Shown piece by piece: positions 38,552-47,888 of a stretch of DNA of 64,000 bases. The position numbers and the translations under genes were made by a program. The notes beneath the pieces are model-generated. The model was not told where the DNA came from. It made no database searches and was given only the letters and a program-made list of their open reading frames with translations. The DNA lies in NCBI GenBank assembly GCA_958009085.1, contig OY253683.1, forward strand, positions 868,001 to 932,000, given 5' to 3'. This stretch comes from Protoeuglena noctilucae. Lineage: Eukaryota. Positions within the stretch are counted from its first letter, which is position 1. Every line of letters starts with the position of its first letter.

Positions 38552-41269
38552 ACCGCCCCGCCCCTCTCCTCCTGGCCCACCCCCACCCCACCGGGCGCAT
38601 CCCCCGCCCACTCCCCCAGCACCGGGTCCGCCCTCAGAGCCTCCCACACTGCCCGCCGCTCCCCCGCCGCCACCTCCCGCACCAGATACTCCGCCACGCG
38701 CTCCTGCGCCCACTGCTTCTTGCCCTGCTCGAACAGCGCCATCGACGCGAACACGTTCCCCGGCCGCAGGTTCCTCTCGCATCCCCGCACGTGGTCGTGC
38801 ACCTCAGCGTGCTCGAACACCCCGAAGCACCACCCGCAGATCTCCGCCCCGCACCCCTGCCGGTCGCTGCACTTGAGCGCCAGGCAGTCGTCCTCGCTCT
38901 CCCGCTCCACAAACGCCCGTCCGCACCGCCCGCACTTGGGCGTCACCGCCTCCGCCACCGCCAGCTTGTGCCGCGCCACGGCCTCCTCCCGGCTCCCCAC
39001 CCGCGCACGCGCCAACTCCCCCCGCAGCCGCTCCACCTCCGCCGCCAGCTCCTCCGCCTCTCGCGCCCGCGCCCCCGCCGCCACGTTCGACATGAACTGC
39101 CTGGCGTCCGCGTCCTTCAGCACCGCCACGATGCCTGCGCTCGCGAACGTCCCCCCGCACGCGTGCCCCAGCTCAGAGCACGGCACGTTCCCCAGGTGCC
39201 CCGTGAACCACCCCGCGGGGTCGTCCGCGTGCGCCGCCAGCATGCGTGCCAGGTCCTCGTCGCACAGGTAGTGCACGACGCCGCCCCCGCTGCACCCCAC
39301 CGCCCGCCTTCGGGGTACCAGCCCCATACATGTCACTCACTCCACCTCGCCCCGCGTCGGGTCTGCCGCTTCCAGCGCACGCCTGCGGCACAGGTCGGAA
39401 ACTCTTTCTAGCACACGATGTGACGAAGCGGCCACAGAAAGCCCGTAGCATGCCCCGCCCGCACTCGCCTGCACTCCCTCGCCGCCGCCAGCATGTCCGC
39501 CACGCTCGCACGCTGCGCCGGGTCCCTCTCCAGCGCCCGCAGCGCCGCCGACCGCAGCGGCTCCGGCACCGACTCGGGCATCTCCGGCTTGGCCCCATTC
39601 ACGCACACCGCGAACACCACCTGCGCCATGCCCTGCCCCGCGAATGGCTCCTGCCCCGTCGCGAGGTGCGACAGCGTGGCTGCCGCCGAGTACGCGTCCG
39701 ACAGCGGCGTGATCTCCTTGGCCGCGTCGTACTGCTCGGGACTCATGAACCCGAACGTGCCCCACGCTTCCTGCCGCATGGTCACCCTTGAGTGCCGCTG
39801 CAAGCGTCAGAGTCATGAGACGTGCCTTCACCGGCATGACGTAGCAGCGCGCTAACCCAAGCAGCGCGCCCCATGGCCAACGACGCGCGCCCTCACCGCC
39901 ATCGACGCCCGCTCCTGCGATATCTTGGCCAGGCCGAAGTCCCCCAGCAGCACCGTGCCGCGCCGGTCCAGCAGCAGGTTGTGCGGCTTCACGTCGCAGT
40001 GCACCAGCCCCGCGCCGTGCAGGCTCGCCAGCCCCTCCAGCATCTGCTCCGCCATGTCCACCAGCTCTCCCACCGGCAGCCCCGTCCCCAGCTCCCGCAC
40101 CCGCTGCGCCAGCGACCCGCGCTCCGCCAAGGGCATCACCAGGTGCAGCGCGCCGTCGATGGTCGACGTCCCCAGCACCCTGCGGACGCCGACGATCGCC
40201 CACATGCTCGCGACGAGCCCGCGACGAGCCCACGACGAGCCCGCGACGAGCCCGCGACGAGCCCGCGACTCGGGGCACTCCCCGCTCTGCGGCGTGCATG
40301 CACCGCCATTCACCGCCATCCCGCAAGCGACGCACCGGCACACGTGGGCGTTGTTCACCGTCGCCAGGGCCAGCCGCTGCACCTCCTTCGCCGCCCGCTC
40401 GTTCGCCCCCGCCGCCCCCGCCCCATCCGTCAGCCGCTTGACGGCCACGTCCTGCGACGTCCCCTGCCTCCGCCACGTGCCCCGGCGCACCTCGCCCTGG
40501 CTGCCCTCCCCGGCCCCCAGCACCTCTCCCAGCAGTATCTCACTCGCCGGAATATCCGGGATCCTCGCACCGAGGTTCATCGCGACGCCTCGCGCCGTTC
40601 GCGGCCAAGATGGCGGGGCACGCCGGCGTCGCGCTGCGGGGGCGCAGCACGGCGGAGTGCAAGCGAGCCGGCCGAAATCGGCCCCGCTTGCATGTTCACA
40701 GGCAACGCAGCCCCCCGGAGGTCTCTGAGCGCGCGTCTTATGCTTTCTGCCCATCGTGCTCTCCCGCAACGTCGCCCCCGCCACTTCCGGAGCCCGCTCG
40801 CTCGTTCCTGCCGATCCATGCCGTCAATACAGCTTATTGCGACTGATAAGCCTCCCCGATCATCCTCCGCAGCTCACCTTTCTCTCGAGGGCAGCACGGG
40901 CGGTGGCAAGACGCTTTGCGGTTGTTGGGCACCACTGCCGGCACTTTGGAGTAATACAGCCCCGCAGGTGACGCTCAGGGACTCAGTAATCCCCTGCGCC
41001 CGTGCCCCAGCACGCCAGACGCATGCCCGAGGTGCCAGACATGTCTGTGCACGTCACGTGCAGCACGTGCAGCCAGAGGCGACGTCGCCCGTCGCAGGCC
41101 CATCCTCCGCGACAGATCAACCTCTTTCCATCGCGTGCGCTGCTTCCTCGAGAAGGACACCACAGCAACCATGAGTCCGCGTGGCGCCCGCGCTGCCGGG
41201 CCGCAAGGTGGGACCACCGCGGTCAGGCTGCCTTGCCACGCCGATGCTGTCCTTGCTCCCCAGTCTCCT

Positions 41270-41694
41270 CAGGCGTGCCTCGACCTTGCCCTGTGCGCCA
41301 CGCGATCTCGGCGCGGCCCCGCTGCGTCGCGCGCGGTCCATGGCACCCCGCGCACCTCCGCGATCTCGGTGCCCTGGGCCCCCCGATGGCATCGCGTGTT
41401 TGCCACGGCCCATCGCTGGCGAGCGGAGGCCCCGTCGTTTGCATTCCACGCCCCGACGGTCCGCTTTCGTGGCAGCCACGGGGTGCCACCCTGACCGTCC
41501 CGGGACCCGCCCAACGGGCTGGCTGTTCGCGCCCGTCTGGAAGGCCCCTGGCCGGCCAGCTGCTGCTGCCGTGCCTGGCGTGGGTGTCGTTCGCCGGGGT
41601 CCTCAACGCCTGGATCTGGCGCCAGAACCCCAGCAACGGGGAGGGCAAGGAGCGCGGCGTGGTGGGCAGGGAGAAGAAGGGTGAGGGGTGCTGA
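41270..41694 (+). pseudogene. TspO/MBR-like remnant with internal deletion
   Basis: GWLFAPVWK is joined out of frame directly to AGQLLLPCLAWVSFAGVLNAWIW; the central helices are missing. Confidence 0.7.
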
Positions 41695-42365
41695 GCCATG
41701 ATGATGTGGGATGCGCTGCGTGGGTGCGGGATGTGACACTTGCGTCACACGCATGACCAAAATGGCACTCTACGCTGCTGGGACCGCTGTCGCGGCGCCC
41801 GAGGTCAGGAGCGGCGGCAGGGACACCGGCAAGGCGAAGCAGAAGGGTGGCGCGTCCTGCCGATGCACCGTCATGTGACACGACCGCCTGACCTCGTGAC
41901 CCGTGATCCGTGCATCGTGTCATGGGCGGTGTGATGCCGAGTGCAGCACAGCCGAGTGCGAGTGCGAGATCATCCATGCAATGCACCACCCATGTGCCAC
42001 CAGGCCTCGGCCCCTCACAGGCAACTGAAGCTCCGTATCACCGGAGGCCGATCAGCTGCGTTAAGAACGTCGCTTGCCGCGCGTTGTTGCATGCTGGTGT
42101 GGTGGCAGCTGTGGTTGTCGTGCGCATGAAGGTGGCTCTCTCGGGTCGATGCGCCTTGCACGCCACTGCTGGTGGGCATGGCTTAGCCCAAGCCGGCAGA
42201 GGCCAATGCTGATCGGTGTGCCTTCACTGGGAGAGGGCATGGCGAGCACCTGCTGTTGTCAAGTCGCGTTTGAAAGGAGGCTCGCAAGCGAGGCAAAACA
42301 TGAAACGCTGCCGAGCTGGTTGGGGGCACAGACGGCAAAGCCGGGGCGTGTGCTGTATACATAGA

Positions 42366-43651
42366 TCATGTGTACCAGAGGATGATCAGGAAGAGGATGA
42401 TGAGAAGCGAGAGTAGTACAATCAGTGTCAAACAATCAGTGTCAAACGCTTTAATCCGGCACCCCGACACCTGGCAGCCGCTGTGCTGCAGACTGGAACC
42501 AAGCGACCTATACAGGCCATGCCCGCCACACTTGCTGACAACGACGCCCCGCACCTCCGCCTGCCCGGCCCATGAGCACGCCACCCCAGCATCGCCTGAA
42601 CCTGTGATGCGCCCCCCCTGCACCATGGCCTTGGAGCCCCGGTCACCGCTTAACACGCCACAGCTCTTGCAGTCGGCGATCTCCACGCCCCCAACCTCCG
42701 CCTGACCACCCTTGACATACGTCACCCCATGGCTCTCGCCCGTGTTTGCTATGCGTCCCGGACGATCGTCGCGTGACTCCCCGTTCCTGTTGACCGCACA
42801 CCTGACTTGGGTGCGTCCGCCACGTGTGCGTCCGTCAGCACCACATGACCGCCCCCCTCGCACTGCACCCCCGTTCCCACCACCCTCACGCCCTCCACCC
42901 GCAGCGGCCCGCCCCCGGCGGCCCTCAGAGCGTACCCCTCCCCCAACGCGGCGCTGGATGCCCGCAGCGTCCCGTTCCGCACCGTCAAAGACTGTCCACT
43001 CCGCACTGTCACCTCCGCCGACAGCCTCCATTCCCTTCCCTCCAGGTCGATGACACCCCCTGAAGGGACCACCCCCCGCTCGAGGAAAGCTTTTCTCTTT
43101 GCCCTGCTCTGCAGCTTCTACTCCCCAACTCCCAATCTTGATAGGGAGTTTATTATCATTTTCCCTAATAATACTAATACTAATAGTAACTAATACTGAT
43201 AATACTCCCTAATAATACTCCCTATCGTACTCCCTATCATACTGGAAACAAAAATGACTACGATGGACGCATTCACCCACTCGTACCGCCACAGAAGGCT
43301 CCATATCCAAATGGAAACCATAGCGACTATGACGGACGTAATCACCCACTTGTACCGCAACAGTGGGTCCTGGCGTCCGCGTCCTTCAGCACCGCCACGA
43401 TGCCTGCGCTCGCGAACGTCCCCCCGCACGCGTGCCCCAGCTCAGAGCACGGCACGTTCCCCAGGTGCCCCGTGAACCACCCCGCGGGGTCGTCCGCGTG
43501 CGCCGCCAGCATGCGTGCCAGGTCCTCGTCGCACAGGTAGTGCACGACGCCGCCCCCGCTGCACCCCACCGCCCGCCTTCGGGGCACCAGCCCCATGCAT
43601 GTCACGCACTCCACCTCGCCCCGCGTCGGGTCCGCGGCTTCCAGCGCATGC
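42366..43651 (-). pseudogene. Rearranged paralog (copy C): RING fragment + AT-rich hydrophobic segment + short beta-helix
   Basis: 43370-43651 is nearly identical to 39100-39382, and 42834-43095 to 38069-38330. Frameshifts and TAG stops are present. Confidence 0.85.
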
Positions 43652-43656
43652 CTGCA

Positions 43657-43705
43657 CTGGGTTCTGATGGGACCAGGTATTTTCTCGGTGGTTTGATCCG
43701 CTCAC
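43657..43705 (-). pseudogene. 5' part (nt 1-49) of the split 5S rRNA gene
   Basis: Matches 17156-17204 and has the canonical CCCATCAGAAC loop. Confidence 0.9.
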
Positions 43706-44014
43706 GATGAGAGATGTCGAAATCACAGTATATGTATGCGGAAACGTGCGTCCAGGTACAGTATACGGCCCCTCCCAAAACTTCGCCCATCTATTAGCAC
43801 TACATTTCTGAGACCGAATCCGGTGACGCCGACCCAAAAAGCCCCGGCCCGGCGACGCACTCCGGCACCCTCTGGCGCATCGAGCGCCCTGAAACCGGCG
43901 CCCGCGAGCCGCTTCATGCCCGTCCCACCGGCGCGTCGGGCGGCATATCCGTCCAGGACACGCGCTGCATCCCTTCGTCGTCGCGTGTCAGCCACCCTCG
44001 TCGCCGCGGGCCCC
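43706..44014 (-). repeat. Upstream spacer of the right 5S unit; right boundary of the island
   Basis: Reverse complement of 16848-17155. Confidence 0.95.
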
Positions 44015-44063
44015 GTCACGCGACCCGACCCGTGCGCCTCCCGTGCGCGAGCCGCCGTGGTCC

Positions 44064-44712
44064 ATGTCGGGGCTGAGTCGGTCTCAAGAAGAGAGGCTCC
44101 GACGTTCTTCCGTTGCGCCGTTCCTCGAGCCGATCGAGCTGCTGCGCGTGCCGGTGCAGGTCGGCTGCGCTTTGCCCGCTGCTCCCGCCCCGCAGCGCCC
44201 GCCCCGGGCCTGGCCGGCCCCGCGATGTCGCGCTTGCCTGCCGTTTCCTCTCCCGCAGGTCGGTCCGGGACCCGGAGAGCTGCGCCTCGACTTCTCGAAC
44301 GAGCCGAGACGGGCGACGTTCCGAGCGCAGTGCCGGGTGGAGGTCCTCGCGCGCTGCGTGGACGGGGCGCGCGTCGGCTGCGCGATCCAGGTGCCGTTTA
44401 CCTCGCGCTGCGGCTTGCCACGGCGCCCCGCGTGCGCTGCAAGTGGCCCAAAGCCGCCCCTCTCACCCACCCACCCAGGCCACACGACGCTGCCGGGGCC
44501 CTCCCTGGCTCCGCTGGCTCCGCGCCGGCTTCCGCCCGGGCCCCTGGGACAAGCCCCCCGTCGCCTGCGAGGACGAGCTCTTCGCTCGGTGCGTCGGTGC
44601 GGCCCAGGAACCCTGCACCGCCCATGCCGTGGAGTTCTGCGACGCAGTCTCCCAGCCACCGCAGCCACCACAACAACAGCAGCAGCAGCAGCAGCAATCG
44701 GACGATAACTAG
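44064..44712 (+). CDS. Small Cys-rich hypothetical protein, ~3 exons, poly-Gln tail
   Basis: Spliced product ...CRVEVLARCVDGARVGCAIQ|ATRRCRGPPW...CEDELFARCVGAAQEPC. It resembles a green-plant uncharacterised family (recollection only). Confidence 0.6.
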
Positions 44713-44880
44713 CAGCTAGGAACAGGGGACTCGCCACTTCTTGCCACCTCACCGCGTGCGTGGGTGCCCTGCCACGACGAGCCATCGCTACTCTCCTGAC
44801 AGGCTCCCCACTACCCCTTGCTTCGCTTCACGATGCAACCGGATATCGACCATTCCCAGTCCCACTCCCAGCCCCGCGCC

Positions 44881-47554
44881 ATGGGACCCTTGCATGCGAC
44901 CCAGACGCGACCCACAGCCGAGGCGGTGGCATTGTCGGTGCCCCGCCCGGCCCCGTCCCAGCCCCGCCCGGTGTGGCTCGACTGCGACCCGGGCCACGAC
45001 GACGCTCTTGCGATCGTGCTCGCGGGACACCACCCGTCGCTGCGGCTGGTGGGGGTCAGCACGGTGGCGGGGAACCAGACGGTCGAGGTGAGGTGGGGGT
45101 GATGGGGGGAGGGGTAGTGGTATTGGCTAATGAAAGAGATGCCAGAGAGATGCTTGGTGATGTTACCAGACGGTGGAGGCAAGGTGGGGCAGTGCATGCG
45201 AGGGGCAGTGCAGACGCGAACAGCGCCACCCATCCATGTCACCTCTCCTATGTCTCCCACATGCAGAAGTGCACGGTTACTGCGCCATCAGCGCCACCCC
45301 TTTATCTCACAACCACATATCACACCTCTCCCATCTCCCCACACCTGCAGAAGTGCACCGCCAACGCGCTCGCCACGCTGCGCGCGTCGGGGCTATCGCA
45401 TGTCCCCGTGGTGCAGGGGTAGGCGCGGCCGCTGATGCAGGCCGACGCGTTGCTGTGTCCCGAGATCCACGGCAGTTCTGGCTTGGACGGTCCGGACCAC
45501 AGACCCGTGTTTGTGCGGCACCCGGGCGACAGGCTGGTCAGGTGGGAGGATGGCGGTAGGAAGGGGGCGGGGAGTGTCACCGTGTTCAGTATCGCCACCC
45601 ATTTCGTCCAATGCCACCCCCGTCTTATCGGCTGTCACCTTTATCGCATCCACTGTCGCCCCCCACCTCCTCTCATCTCACCCTTATCATCTCACCGTCT
45701 CTGCAGCACGAGGGGCGTGCTGGCCATGTTCCACGGCATATCCTGGGCATATCACAAACTCAACAAGGACCGAGCCAGGGTTGCGATGAGTGGCGAGGGC
45801 GGGGGGGCGAGTGGTGGGGGTGGTGGGGGTGCGAGTGGGAGTGGGGGTGGGAGTGCGAGTGGTCGGGTTGGGGGTGCGGGTGATAGGGATGCGAGTGGTG
45901 CCAGTGGGGGTGCAGCTGCGGGTGCGGGTGGTGCGAGTGCGGGCGATGGGTTAACCAGTGACCGCGCTGGCAGTGTCCCATCCATCCCCGATGCCCCTTG
46001 CCGCGTGGCGCTGGTGGCGACGGGTGCGCTGACGAACGTAGCGGTGCTGCTGATCATGTTCCCGGAGGTGGCGAGCATGGTGGACGTGTATTTCATGGGG
46101 GGTGAGTGGGGTTGGGGTTAGTGAAGTGGATAGGAGGCAGCATTCCACTTAACGAGCCACATCAGCCCCACCCCACGATCACCTCAGCAAGCACCACCGT
46201 CGTTCGCCCGCTCTCCACCCCTCCATCCACTCCCACGCCCCTCTCCCCCACAGCTCCCTTGGCCTTGGCAACAGAGGTCCCCCACCCACTCCCACTCCCA
46301 CACCCCCACTCCCACGCCCCTCTCCCCCACAGTTCTCTTGGCCTTGGCAACACAGCTCCTGTGGCCGAGTTCAACATCCAGAGTGACCCCGAGGCCGCGC
46401 GCGTGGTGATGCACAGCGGCGCGAGGGTGGCGATGGTGCCGCTGGACGTGACACACACCGCACTGGCGACTGACGGTGTACTGGCGAGGCTCACGGGTGC
46501 CAGAGAAGAGGCGAGGGGGGTGGGGGTGGGGGGATGGGGTATGAGATCCGGGATGTGGGATACGGGATGAGAGATGCGGGTAGGCGTTGCTTCCCAGGGC
46601 GGTGCGATAGCGAAAGAAAGGGCTGGAGTGGCGGCTTGCGCTGTTGTCTGCACTTCCACTGCCATGCTCACCCTTTCTGCCACCCCCACTGCCACCCTCA
46701 CACGCACCCCCACTGCCACCCCCCCTGCCACCCCTTCTGCAACCCCCGCTGCCACCCCCCCAGGACACCTCCCCCACCTTCCGCGCCAGCATTCGCTCAC
46801 TAGTGACTTTCTTCGCATCTACCTACAAGCGAGTGTTTGGATTCGACCACCCCCCCATCCACGATCCCTGCGCTGTGGCATTGGTGGCAAGACCCTACCT
46901 GTTTACTGGCAGGCGCATGTGGGTGGATGTGGAGGTGGCCTCAACACTGTCCAGGTGAGGGGGTGGGTGTGGGGGGGCGAGGGTGCAGAGCACGTTGTTA
47001 CCGTGTGAGGGCAGGAGAGCACGTTGTCATGTGCTAACACCACAATCCATACCGGGCGCCGAGTCTCTATCCATGCCATCACCATCACTTCTCTCAGTCC
47101 CCAGCAACACCGTCCAACACCGTCAACACTCCATATCATCATCACCACTACCCCCTTCTCTCTCCCTGTCAACACCATCGACAATCCATATCACCATCAC
47201 CAACACCCCTCTCTCTCCCTCTCCCATTGCAGGGGCCAGACGGTTTGCGACGCTTTGGGTGTGCTGGGCAGGCCAGGCAACGTGCTGGTGTGCGAGAGAA
47301 TGGACGTGGATGGTTTCTGGCAACAGATGGCGGGGGCGGTGGATAGGGCAGCGGCGGTGGCGGGGGTGGGAGATGGGGCGGTGGCGGGGGTGGGAGATGG
47401 GGATGGGGAGGTGGGGCCGGGGGTGGTGGCGGGGGCGGGGAAGAGGAAGAGGGAAGTGCGGGTTGAGAGGGTAGGGGATGGGGTGGGGGATGGTAAGGGA
47501 AGGGGGTGGGAGTGGTGTGGGTGGGTGCGGTCGTTGCCAACCGCCTACCGCTGA
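44881..47554 (+). CDS. Inosine-uridine preferring nucleoside hydrolase, multi-exon, with an in-frame TAG at 45420-45422
   Basis: [69 protein letters not shown]. Confidence 0.9.
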
Positions 47555-47888
47555 GGCTGCGAATGTGCTTAGGCTGCTGATGTGCTAAGGATGGTAACGT
47601 GCTGGAGATGTTAACGATCTTGAGCTGCTATGACTTGCTATGCGTGTCACTGTGAGATAAGACGGGAGTGATGACAAAGTCGGCACGGTCGCATTCGCTT
47701 CAACTCACACGCACGCCCACCCCTTTTGTCAATCGGCCAAGTCGACCCATACACGCAACGAGTCGTAACAAATTGTGTCTTTGACACTCGCCAATACGTG
47801 CTTTGACACCTTTCACACCTAGCTGCCCATGCCAAGCAAACACACGATTGCCACCCGCCCACCCACACTTGCCCCCCTATGCAATTCA

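Larger units (their letters stand above)
36940..40580 (-). pseudogene. TKL-like kinase - RING - IBR-like - EERRVA spacer - right-handed beta-helix protein (copy A); one in-frame TGA at 39337-39339
   Basis: Kinase exons (VAVK, HCDVKPHN, DFG, GTFGFMSPE) splice in frame via a GC-AG intron (39468-39383) into the RING/IBR exon, then seven 48-aa repeats. Confidence 0.85.

Noticed and set aside
16835..44025. Classical Mutator/hAT element with TIRs and TSD
   Set aside because: The inverted repeats are 5S rDNA units. The flanks (ATGGACGCG vs CGTCACGCG) share only ACGCG, and no transposase is present.
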